From: Verrucomicrobiota bacterium
Lineage (GTDB): Bacteria; Verrucomicrobiota; Verrucomicrobiia; Opitutales; Cerasicoccaceae
Length of the DNA: 64,000 nucleotides
Direction: 5' to 3'
Assembly (NCBI GenBank): GCA_039818205.1
Contig: JBCBUK010000019.1
Span: 1 to 64,000, forward strand
The position numbers and the translations under genes were made by a program. Positions 10,308 to 19,124 of the stretch are shown piece after piece. The first letter of the stretch is position 1. Each line of letters opens with the position of its first letter. Below the pieces are notes generated by a model. It did not search any database and had not been told where the DNA came from. It was given only the letters and a program-made list of their open reading frames with translations.

Positions 10308-11264
10308 GTGTCACATACAATTAACATTATCGCGGGCCCAACCGCAGTCGGAAAAACTGCCCTGGCGCTTGATTGGGCCGAGGCCAACGGCGCGGAGATT
10401 GTCAACGCGGACGCCATGCTCTTCTACCGGGGCATGGACATCGGTACGGCCAAGCCGAGTCGGGACGAAATGGCCCGGGTGCCCCATCACTTGATCGATA
10501 TTCAGCCCGTGCGCGAGGCCTACTCGATCAAGGAATATGTGGCGGCGGCGCGGGCGGTGGTCCTGGACATTTTTAACCGTAATAAGGCGGTTTTGGTCGT
10601 TGGTGGCAGTGGCTTTTATTTGCGCTGCTTCTACGCGCCAGTGGTCGACGGTATCGAGCCGGATCCACAGGTTCGGGCGACCGTGGAGCAGTTGGAGGCG
10701 ATCGATGGGCTTCCCGGTTTGTTGAAGCGTCTGGATTCTATGAATCCCAAGGGCACTGGAAAGCTTCATCGGGAAAACCCACGACGGGTTGCAAGGGCTT
10801 TGGAGCGGTGCTTGATCTCTGGGAAATCGCTCCTAGAGCTGGAAGAAAGCTTTGCTGCGCTGCCGGGTCCTTTCGACGATTTTGAGAAACGGAGCGTATT
10901 GCTGCTTCGGCCAAACGACGATCTGCACCCGCGCGTAATGGCGCGAACGACTGAGATGTTGCGTCTCGGGCTCGTTGATGAGGTCCGATCCCTGCGGAAT
11001 GACGGGCTCGAAGAGAATTCTCCGGCCGCCAACTCCATTGGCTACCGGGAAACCCTGGCATGGCTGGACCACAACGATGGTGTACGGGAGGACAGCCACC
11101 CCCTCGATGGTCCCTTGAGCGAAGAAGACCTGTCTGAGGCGATTCAGCTTTCGACTCGCCGCTTGATCGCGAAACAGCGCAAATGGTTCCGCAATCAGTT
11201 TGAGCCGGATCTCGTCATCAACGGTGACCCGAGCCTGGAGACGCTGCCGTTTATCGCCGGTTAG
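10308..11264 (+). CDS. miaA: tRNA dimethylallyltransferase
   Basis: Motifs GPTAVGKT, DIGTAKPS, PHHLID, GGSGFY and AKQRKWFR. Confidence 0.95.
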   Translation: MSHTINIIAGPTAVGKTALALDWAEANGAEIVNADAMLFYRGMDIGTAKPSRDEMARVPHHLIDIQPVREAYSIKEYVAAARAVVLDIFNRNKAVLVVGGSGFYLRCFYAPVVDGIEPDPQVRATVEQLEAIDGLPGLLKRLDSMNPKGTGKLHRENPRRVARALERCLISGKSLLELEESFAALPGPFDDFEKRSVLLLRPNDDLHPRVMARTTEMLRLGLVDEVRSLRNDGLEENSPAANSIGYRETLAWLDHNDGVREDSHPLDGPLSEEDLSEAIQLSTRRLIAKQRKWFRNQFEPDLVINGDPSLETLPFIAG

Positions 11265-11338
11265 TTGGTTCGCGAATAAACGTCACGTTCAACCTTGAGT
11301 TTGTGTTGGGTTGGCGGCATGGATTTCCGTTCGTTTTT

Positions 11339-13303
11339 ATGATCACGCTTCGCGACATTCGACTGCGCTTTGGTGCCCGAACAATTTTTGGTGGTTTCAC
11401 AACATCCATCAATGCGCGGGACCGTATTGGCTTGGTTGGTTCAAATGGCGCGGGAAAATCAACACTCATTCGGCTTTTGATGGGCGAGCAGGAACCGGAT
11501 GGCGGCGAGGTCGAGAAGGCGAGCTACGTAACCCTCGGCCACCTCCCCCAAGATGGAGTCGCGACCCATGGTAAGCCGCTCCGGGATGAGGCGATGACCG
11601 CCTTTGAGGATGTGCTGGAGATTCAGCGGAAGCTTGATGTGGCGTCCGCCGAGCTGGAATCGATGGACCCGCAGAGTGACGATTATGCGGATGCGTTGGA
11701 GGTCATGGGTGCGTTGGAGCATCACCTGCAAGATGCCGAGGCCCACAAGCTGCCCTCGCGGGTGGAGCGAGTATTACTCGGTCTCGGTTTCGAGATGAGC
11801 GACCTCGATCGGGATTGCGGAGAGTTTTCTGGTGGCTGGCAGATGCGGATCGCCATGGCAAAACTGCTCTTGCGAGAGCCGAGCCTGTTGTTGCTCGATG
11901 AGCCCACTAACCATTTGGACATCGAGTCCTTGACCTGGTTTGAGCAGTACCTTCGTGGTTACGAGGGAGCGTTGATGATTGTTTCGCACGATCGAACGTT
12001 TCTCGACGGTTTGACCTCTCGTACGTTTGCCTTGAGCAAGGGGCGGCTGGAATCCTACTCCGGCAACTATTCCTATTTCGAGAAAGAGAGCGTGTTGCGT
12101 CGGGAGGCGCTCAAGCGATCTGCAGAAAATCAGCAGCGACAGATCGCCGAGACCGAGCGCTTCATTGAGCGTTTTCGGGCCAAAAACACGAAGGCCACCC
12201 AGGTCCAAAGCCGGATCAAACAGCTGGCGAAGATCGAGCGCATCGAAATTGAGGACGAGGAGGACTCCGTCCAGTTCTCACTTCCGCCCGCGCCGTCCAG
12301 TGGTCAGGTCGTCCTGGAGCTGCAGGGACTCGCGAAGAGCTACGGCGATCTGGAGATCTACCGTAATCTTGACTTCAAACTGGAGCGGGGGGACCGGGTT
12401 GCGGTTGTTGGCCGCAATGGGGCCGGAAAGTCCACCTTGGTCCGGATTCTGGCCGGGCAAGAATCTTATCAAGCCGGAGACCGCATTGTTGGATACAAGG
12501 CCGAGCTGGCCTATTTCGCCCAGCATCAGGCGGATGAGCTCGACCCCGATCACAATGCACTGTCGATTGCCGAGGCAGCAGCGCCGCAGGGTGAGGGCCG
12601 ACGCGCCCGGACCTTGCTGGGGGCATTCCTCTTTCGCGGTGATGAGGTATTTAAGAAGGTTAAGGTCCTCAGTGGCGGAGAGAAGAACCGCTTGGCCCTG
12701 GCTAAAATGCTACTTCAGCCATTCAACTGCCTGATACTTGACGAGCCGACCAACCACCTGGATATGAAATCGAAGGAGGTTCTCCAGCGGGCGCTCCAGG
12801 ATTATAAAGGCACCTTGATTATTGTATCGCACGACCGATCGTTTCTGGATCCCTTGGTTGATAAGACGCTTGAGATCAGCCGCGATGGCGCCCGCACTTT
12901 CGCGGGGAATATTTCTTACTATCTGGAAAAGGTTGCTGCCGAGCGCGAGGCAGAGATCGCTAAAGCTTCACCGCGACCAACCCAGGCATCGGTTCCGAGT
13001 GCGGCTGCGAAAGGTCCGGGATCCGTTAACATCTCGCCAAAGGAGCGACGACGTCTGGTTGCCGAACGGAACCAGAAGCTCGCCCCGTTGAAAAAGAAGA
13101 GCGAAAAATTGGAAGCCGATATCGCGGTTTGGGAGGAGGAGCACGGTGAGCTCGAAACGGCGATGATGGATCCCGAGTTCTTTAAACAGGGCGCAGATAC
13201 CAAAGAGAAAATGGCGCGCTACGACTTGTTGAAGCGGAGGATTGAGCGCGCCTACAAGGATTGGGAACGCGTGCAGGAACAGATTGCTGACCTGGGATCT
13301 TAG
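11339..13303 (+). CDS. ABC-F family ATPase (Uup/YheS-like)
   Basis: Two NBDs (GSNGAGKST, FSGGW, LDEPTNHLD; GRNGAGKST, LSGGE), no transmembrane segments, and a C-terminal coiled coil. Confidence 0.93.
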   Translation: MITLRDIRLRFGARTIFGGFTTSINARDRIGLVGSNGAGKSTLIRLLMGEQEPDGGEVEKASYVTLGHLPQDGVATHGKPLRDEAMTAFEDVLEIQRKLDVASAELESMDPQSDDYADALEVMGALEHHLQDAEAHKLPSRVERVLLGLGFEMSDLDRDCGEFSGGWQMRIAMAKLLLREPSLLLLDEPTNHLDIESLTWFEQYLRGYEGALMIVSHDRTFLDGLTSRTFALSKGRLESYSGNYSYFEKESVLRREALKRSAENQQRQIAETERFIERFRAKNTKATQVQSRIKQLAKIERIEIEDEEDSVQFSLPPAPSSGQVVLELQGLAKSYGDLEIYRNLDFKLERGDRVAVVGRNGAGKSTLVRILAGQESYQAGDRIVGYKAELAYFAQHQADELDPDHNALSIAEAAAPQGEGRRARTLLGAFLFRGDEVFKKVKVLSGGEKNRLALAKMLLQPFNCLILDEPTNHLDMKSKEVLQRALQDYKGTLIIVSHDRSFLDPLVDKTLEISRDGARTFAGNISYYLEKVAAEREAEIAKASPRPTQASVPSAAAKGPGSVNISPKERRRLVAERNQKLAPLKKKSEKLEADIAVWEEEHGELETAMMDPEFFKQGADTKEKMARYDLLKRRIERAYKDWERVQEQIADLGS

Positions 13304-13307
13304 TGAT

Positions 13308-14234
13308 CTATAATGCCGCGATGGCCCAGGCGAGCGCGATCAGCGCTAAGGGTAACCCGAGTAGCAAACGATTGTTGGCCAGGTTGGTGAAGCGCTGGTT
13401 TAGAACGAAACCAAGTGCGCCCAAGGGGAGACCAACGCCGAAGCCGAAGACATGGGCTAAGATGTCGGTGTTGCCGTCGCTAAAACCGGTCAGCAGCAGA
13501 ATGATGATACCCGCCGCAAGCGGAACAATTCGGTGTTTGAGGCTGATTGAATTGGATGGCGAGAATCGGGCTGCGATGGCGTTCCCAACCAACAGGCCGA
13601 GCGCACCGAAAATCGCGGTGGAGGCACCGATGCTCCCGTGTAACGCGGGCCAGTAAAAGTAGGCGTTGGCTACGTTTCCAAGGTAGCCGCTAAGTAAGAC
13701 TAACACCCAGCCAAGCCCTGCTCCGAGAGTCCGATTAATCAGTAGTCCAAAGCATAAGCCCGATACTAGATTCGAAATCAAGTGATCAAGGCCGCCGTGC
13801 AGGGTGAGGGCGGTCATCGGGAGTTCCCATTGGCCACCGTCGATCAGGGACTCATTGTTACTCGCACCAAGGGCCGTAATGAACGGCCACTGGTTCTGCG
13901 CCGCAAAGAAAATGATCAATAGCGCCGCGAAGCCAATGAGTGTTAGTGGCGAGGATGGACGATCCCCCGGCATCGCCATCAAGGGTTTGGGCGGCCAATT
14001 TCGATTTTCCTGGTCGTATTTTTGTAGCTGCTCGCGGATTGCTGAGACCTCTTGTTCATCCACCCAGAGGTAGAAACTGGTGTCGCGTTCGACGAGTTCG
14101 TAAGGCAATCGCATTGCCAGGATGACCAGGCCGTGCTCATCGGCATGGCGCCGTTTGCGATAGGGGCCTAGGGCGATGGTGCCCGCCGGTGGCTGCGGAT
14201 CCGTATCTTCGGGACTGGTTACGCTAGTGGCCAA
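13308..14234 (-). CDS. Rhomboid family intramembrane serine protease
   Basis: Motifs LHGGLDHLISN, GAST and DILAHVFGF, with multiple TM segments. Confidence 0.88.
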   Translation of the reverse strand: MATSVTSPEDTDPQPPAGTIALGPYRKRRHADEHGLVILAMRLPYELVERDTSFYLWVDEQEVSAIREQLQKYDQENRNWPPKPLMAMPGDRPSSPLTLIGFAALLIIFFAAQNQWPFITALGASNNESLIDGGQWELPMTALTLHGGLDHLISNLVSGLCFGLLINRTLGAGLGWVLVLLSGYLGNVANAYFYWPALHGSIGASTAIFGALGLLVGNAIAARFSPSNSISLKHRIVPLAAGIIILLLTGFSDGNTDILAHVFGFGVGLPLGALGFVLNQRFTNLANNRLLLGLPLALIALAWAIAAL

Positions 14235-14292
14235 TTTCAGTAGGAAAATCGATTGCGGCGGGCGTGGAAAGCTTCAAACTGGCTCTTTCGAC

Positions 14293-14808
14293 ATGAGTCT
14301 TGTTCCTGACGTTCCATCTGATTCTCCGCTGACTGAGCCCACGAGCCGTTTGCTGGATGACATTGAGATCGCTGTTACTTCTAGTAGCACGCGACCCTCC
14401 TGGGATGAGTATTTTATGGCGACTGCCTTGTTGATTTCGACTCGTTCCTCGTGTGAACGCCTTCATGTCGGTGCTGTCTTGGTCTCCGGCGGGGAGCACC
14501 GGAACCGCATCATTGCCGCGGGCTATAATGGCTTTTTACCGGGTCATCCGCACGAATCACGAGTCCGGGAGAATCATGAGCAGGGGACCGTTCACGCCGA
14601 GCAAAACGCGATTGCCGATGCGGCTCGCCGGGGGATCTCAGTTCAGGGCGCCACGGTTTATGTGACGCATTTTCCGTGTATTAATTGCACTAAAATCCTG
14701 CTTTCAGCGGGGATCGCCTGCATCAAGTACCGCCACGACTACAAAAATGACCCCATTGCTTTGGAGCTTTTGCAGGAAGCTGGGGTCGAAGTGATAAAAC
14801 TTTCATGA
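14293..14808 (+). CDS. dCMP deaminase (ComEB-like)
   Basis: Motifs RPSWDEYFM, GYNG, HAEQNA and FPCINC. Confidence 0.93.
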   Translation: MSLVPDVPSDSPLTEPTSRLLDDIEIAVTSSSTRPSWDEYFMATALLISTRSSCERLHVGAVLVSGGEHRNRIIAAGYNGFLPGHPHESRVRENHEQGTVHAEQNAIADAARRGISVQGATVYVTHFPCINCTKILLSAGIACIKYRHDYKNDPIALELLQEAGVEVIKLS

Positions 14809-15416
14809 TGAACAAAACCCTATCCACCCTTGTTCTTTTGGTCGGTGCAGCATCTTGGCTGCTGGCCGATGATTCTGCATTGCCGAATACCGAGGCCGAA
14901 AGTGAGCTGGCTGCCGCTGTGGGCCGTTACGAAGTTTCCGAAGCGGGCAATTTCCAAATTGTAGTCGACACGGCGACAGGCCGAGTCTGGCAAGTCACGC
15001 GCCAGGCCACTGGTATTGTTCTCACGCCCGTCCGTTATCAGCATGAGGAAGGCGTCGAGACGATTTTTCCAGAGTATAGTCCCCCGAAAGTGATCGAGGA
15101 GGTCGACGAGGTTGATCCGGCGAAAGAGGCTGAGCGGGTCGCCAAAGCCAAGGAGTTTGTTAACACCAAGATTAACGACCCGATTATGGCTTATGCATCG
15201 TCTTTGGGCGAATTTCCGCCAAGCCTTCCCGCGTTGACGGTTAACCTGACGCGTCGTCGTGATTGGCAAGGACCGTATTTGCGAATCGCACCCATTGACC
15301 CGTGGGGCAACCCGTATCGCTACAAGTATCCGGGAGCGAAGAATCCGGAGGCTTATGACGTTTGGTCACTGGGTCCGGATGCTGTCGTGAGCGAGGATGA
15401 TATCGGCAATTGGTGA
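14805..15416 (+). CDS. Secreted protein with a GspG (T2SS pseudopilin) C-terminal domain
   Basis: Motif WQGPYL...DPWGNPYRY..PG...YDVWSLGPD...DDIGNW. It has a Sec-like signal peptide and no prepilin motif. Confidence 0.8.
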   Translation: MMNKTLSTLVLLVGAASWLLADDSALPNTEAESELAAAVGRYEVSEAGNFQIVVDTATGRVWQVTRQATGIVLTPVRYQHEEGVETIFPEYSPPKVIEEVDEVDPAKEAERVAKAKEFVNTKINDPIMAYASSLGEFPPSLPALTVNLTRRRDWQGPYLRIAPIDPWGNPYRYKYPGAKNPEAYDVWSLGPDAVVSEDDIGNW

Positions 15417-15458
15417 TATTGCACTGGAAATCGGTTATCACTGTTCTATAGTTGAGGC

Positions 15459-16028
15459 GTGTACAAAAGTGATTCAGATGGGGAGAACACGGATCTCTCT
15501 GGCCAGTTGCTGGTTTCACACCCTTCGCTGCTCGACCCCAATTTTCGCCACACGGTCGTGCTCGTTTCAGCGCATACGACGGAAGAAGGCGCCCTGGGAG
15601 TGATCATCAATCGCCCTCTTGGATTTACTCTTGGCGAAAAGAACAATGATTTCACATTCAGTCCCTTGTCGGATGTTCCCATCTATGAAGGCGGGCCCGT
15701 TCAGACGGATCAAGTCATCTTGGCGGCATGGCGATGGGAAGAAGCGGCCCGTGTCTTCCGGCTTCACTTTGGCCTGAGCGAGGAGGCCGCCCGGGAGATG
15801 AAGTTGGCCGACGAGAAAACTGAGATTCGTGCCTTTCTCGGCTATTCGGGCTGGGGTAAGGGGCAGGTGGAGCACGAACTTTCCCAAAACGCATGGCTCG
15901 TCAGCCCGGTGAACGATAAGCTGGTCGTTGACACCAGTGGCGACGAGCTTTGGAAGACCTACCTTCACCGTCTCCGTCCAGAGCTGACCTTTCTAGTCGA
16001 TGCGCCGGATGACCCGTCGGTCAACTAG
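15459..16028 (+). CDS. YqgE/AlgH family protein
   Basis: Motifs DPNF..TVV, GALGVIINRP, GGPV and GYSGW..GQ...EL..NAW. Confidence 0.93.
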   Translation: MYKSDSDGENTDLSGQLLVSHPSLLDPNFRHTVVLVSAHTTEEGALGVIINRPLGFTLGEKNNDFTFSPLSDVPIYEGGPVQTDQVILAAWRWEEAARVFRLHFGLSEEAAREMKLADEKTEIRAFLGYSGWGKGQVEHELSQNAWLVSPVNDKLVVDTSGDELWKTYLHRLRPELTFLVDAPDDPSVN

Positions 16029-16051
16029 CGTTCGTGAATCTCGATCTTTAG

Positions 16052-17548
16052 ATGCGTATGAAACCCGTTTCGGTTGGATTATTCATTGTTGGTATTGCGT
16101 GGCTATTCGGTAGCACTTTGACCGCGGAGGAAGGCGGTTCTCCATGGGACTCGACTCTGCTGGTTAACCCGATTGATCCGAAAGCAACAGATGAGGGTGA
16201 GGGCCACCTAACCCAACCCTTCAAGACGATTGGGGCGGCGGGTAACAAAGCGCTAGAGCTCGCCGAGGCCGGAAAGTCGGTGCGGGTTGTAATTCAACCG
16301 GGCGTGTATGCTGAGTCGGTCACGTTGCTTGGCGAGGAAGACCCGCAGAATGCGCCGATCAAGTTTGAGGGCGTGGCGGGCGGCGAGGTGTTTTTGGTCG
16401 GAACTGAGCTGATATCTGGCTGGTCAATTGAGGATCACGGTGTGTTCGAACGCCCTTGGGATCCCGACAAATACGAGCACAACCCGATGCTCTTCGTTGA
16501 AGTCGCGCGATTGGTCGAGGTTGATTCTTTGCGCCAGGTCGGTGCGGGGAAGGTGTTCTTTGATCGCAGCAACTCCGATGCGCGGATATACTTTCTTCCA
16601 CCGCGTGGCGGAACGGTGCGCGACGGAACGATTCAAATCGGTCGTGGAGAAACGGCGGCGTTTGACGTTCGTAACATCAAGAATCTGATTTTTGAAAATA
16701 TCGCGATCGAGCGTAGCTATGCGTTTGGGATCAAGGCTGAGAACTGTGATGGGTTGCGGGTTCACAATGTGTCGGCTGAGTATTGCCAGGTCGCTGGCTT
16801 GCGGCTGGTTCACTCCAGTGGAGCCGAGCTCAAGCGCTTGTTAACCGATCGCTGCGGCGAGGGTGGATTCTGGGTCTACGGAAGTCGTTCGTTGTTAATT
16901 GAGCGCTGCGAGGCTAACCTCAACGGCTGGGCGACTCCGGGGCAGGCGAGTGCAATTTTATTGCAGGAGTGCGGCGTGATCAAAGTGCGCAATCTGAGGG
17001 TGGTTGAAAACCGCTTGGAGGGGATCACGCTGCTCGGAAATCAAGCAGTGGAACTTGATATCCCGACCTTGATCAAGAACACCGGAAGCGGGGTCAATAT
17101 TGGTAATGTCGGGCCAACTTCGATCAAGGGTGCCGAGATTGCCAACAATGGGGGCGCCGGAGTCTTGGTTGCTTCGACATTGGGCCTCGAGGGGAATCTC
17201 TTCTACGGGAACGCTGGAGCGCAGCTTGAAGTGACCGAGGGCGGCGATGTTTCTATGGTTCGCAGTATCCTGATGTCGACGGCTGCTAACTCCTCTTTAA
17301 TCGATTTGAGCAACGGTTCGTCCTACGGTGGCGCGGAAAATCTGTTTTACGCTGCAGCAATGCCCGAACCCTTTATTCTGCTGGATAAGCGAGGCGGCTT
17401 CGCGTGGTGGCAAGAGGTCTCGACGAGCGATTTAAACTCGTTTTACGGTGATCCAATGTTGGCGAATCCGTCGCGTTTCGACTTTATGCCTACTCCCAAG
17501 AGCCCGTTCTTTTCCCGGAAGGAATGGCCAGTGCGCAAATTGGATTGA
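16052..17548 (+). CDS. Secreted right-handed parallel beta-helix repeat protein
   Basis: Signal peptide, motifs QPFKTI and PGVYAE, Asn/Gly beta-helix repeats, and a C-terminal DP....DF..SP. Confidence 0.8.
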   Translation: MRMKPVSVGLFIVGIAWLFGSTLTAEEGGSPWDSTLLVNPIDPKATDEGEGHLTQPFKTIGAAGNKALELAEAGKSVRVVIQPGVYAESVTLLGEEDPQNAPIKFEGVAGGEVFLVGTELISGWSIEDHGVFERPWDPDKYEHNPMLFVEVARLVEVDSLRQVGAGKVFFDRSNSDARIYFLPPRGGTVRDGTIQIGRGETAAFDVRNIKNLIFENIAIERSYAFGIKAENCDGLRVHNVSAEYCQVAGLRLVHSSGAELKRLLTDRCGEGGFWVYGSRSLLIERCEANLNGWATPGQASAILLQECGVIKVRNLRVVENRLEGITLLGNQAVELDIPTLIKNTGSGVNIGNVGPTSIKGAEIANNGGAGVLVASTLGLEGNLFYGNAGAQLEVTEGGDVSMVRSILMSTAANSSLIDLSNGSSYGGAENLFYAAAMPEPFILLDKRGGFAWWQEVSTSDLNSFYGDPMLANPSRFDFMPTPKSPFFSRKEWPVRKLD

Positions 17549-17605
17549 TCTAGCCGCGTGGTTTGATTGGCTATTCGGTTTTTCGAGTATAACTCCGACC
17601 AGTCC

Positions 17606-19102
17606 ATGACCCATTTGCTCCAGCATCATCCATTAGGCGCCACTGTTCCACAGACCGTTCATGCGGTTTGCTGTAGCTTGCCCACGATGCGCGATGTTAT
17701 TGGCTACGAGGAGAAGCACCCGGAGACGGTTGCCAAGGTGAAATACGCTTACCCGCGGTTCGTGTTTCACGACTACGTATTGCAAGCGATGGAACTGGCC
17801 GCCGCTAGCCTTGGGTTATCGGGATGTGCGGTCTACCTGCTGCCTTCTCGGCTCGCTGCGGAGGATTGTATTCGCTGGCTCAGCGATGGTGAGCTGCACG
17901 AGGAATCCGATTTCTTTGTGGTTTCGCTGCTGGACACCGAAGCCAATCGCAAACGCGCTAAAGCCTATTTGCAGCACACCGGCCTGTCGATTTCGTCGCG
18001 CCACGCAGAGGACTATCTTATCAGTAAAGGTCGCCTAGCAGGCCAGCAACCAGAGAATAACTTTGCCGAGCAAAGTGAAAGTCATGTCCGTTCCGTTCTC
18101 AAGGAGTATCTTCCAACGGATGCCCTATATTTGTCTAATTGCGGAATGAATGCGTTTTACGCATCGCTGCGGGCTGTTCGCGAGTGTCAGGCTCCGCGAA
18201 ATCGAACCGTCTATATTCAGCTTGGCTGGCTCTATCTGGATACTCAACGGATTCTCGAGAATTTTCTCGGAGTCGATGATCGATTGGTCGTTCAACTCGA
18301 TGTGTTTGATAGTGCTGCCTTGAAAACACTGTTTGCGGAGCATGGAGATTCGATAGCAGCATTGGTAACGGAGCTACCCACGAATCCACTCGTGCAAACG
18401 CCAGATGTTGAGTTGCTTGATGAGCTGTGTGAGGCGCACGGTGTTATGCGCATTTTTGATCCGACGGTTGCCGGTATACCGAATGTCGACTTGCTGCCAC
18501 ACACCGACGTGTTGGTGACGAGTTTGACGAAGTATGCAGCGCATGAAGGTGATGTCATGATCGGTGCGGTCGCTGTCAATCCGCATAGCCGATTCTCAGA
18601 TGAGCTTGTTAAGGCTTTGCAACACAAAGTAGAGCCTCCCTATGTGCGTGATTGCGATCGACTGGCGGCACAGATTGGCGAGATGGGCGCGGTTGCGGTT
18701 AAGCAAAGTGAGAACGCGCGTGAGCTAGTAGCTTGGCTCGAAGCGCACCCAGCGGTTAAGCGGGTTTGGCATCCGCGGTCACCGGAGTCAGAGCAGAATT
18801 TTGAATTGATTGCCCGTAGCCCTCAAACCTGCGGAGTTATGTTCACCATCGAGTTGAACGGTGATCTGCAGCAGTTTTATGACTATGCACGGGTAGTGAA
18901 AGGGCCTAGCTTTGGAACAACATTTACCATGATGTGCCCATTCATGTACTTGGCACACTATGACGATGTTAGTTGCGAAGCTGGCCGAGAGAAGCTGCTG
19001 TCGTATGGACTGAATCCCGACTTGATTCGAGTTTCCGCAGGCACCGAATCGATTGAGGAGATAAAAGCGGGCCTTGAAGAAGGGCTGGGGCGATTGCGCT
19101 AG
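17606..19102 (+). CDS. PLP-dependent Cys/Met metabolism enzyme (long cystathionine gamma-synthase-like type)
   Basis: Motifs GMNAF, ELPTNP, TSLTKY (PLP Lys), KGPSFG and LIRVSAG. Confidence 0.85.
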   Translation: MTHLLQHHPLGATVPQTVHAVCCSLPTMRDVIGYEEKHPETVAKVKYAYPRFVFHDYVLQAMELAAASLGLSGCAVYLLPSRLAAEDCIRWLSDGELHEESDFFVVSLLDTEANRKRAKAYLQHTGLSISSRHAEDYLISKGRLAGQQPENNFAEQSESHVRSVLKEYLPTDALYLSNCGMNAFYASLRAVRECQAPRNRTVYIQLGWLYLDTQRILENFLGVDDRLVVQLDVFDSAALKTLFAEHGDSIAALVTELPTNPLVQTPDVELLDELCEAHGVMRIFDPTVAGIPNVDLLPHTDVLVTSLTKYAAHEGDVMIGAVAVNPHSRFSDELVKALQHKVEPPYVRDCDRLAAQIGEMGAVAVKQSENARELVAWLEAHPAVKRVWHPRSPESEQNFELIARSPQTCGVMFTIELNGDLQQFYDYARVVKGPSFGTTFTMMCPFMYLAHYDDVSCEAGREKLLSYGLNPDLIRVSAGTESIEEIKAGLEEGLGRLR

Positions 19103-19124
19103 CAAGTAGCTTTGCGAAGCAGAG

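Noticed and set aside
10244..10417. N-terminal extension of the glycosyltransferase ORF
   Set aside because: It overlaps miaA; the family N-terminus begins at MKLVLV.
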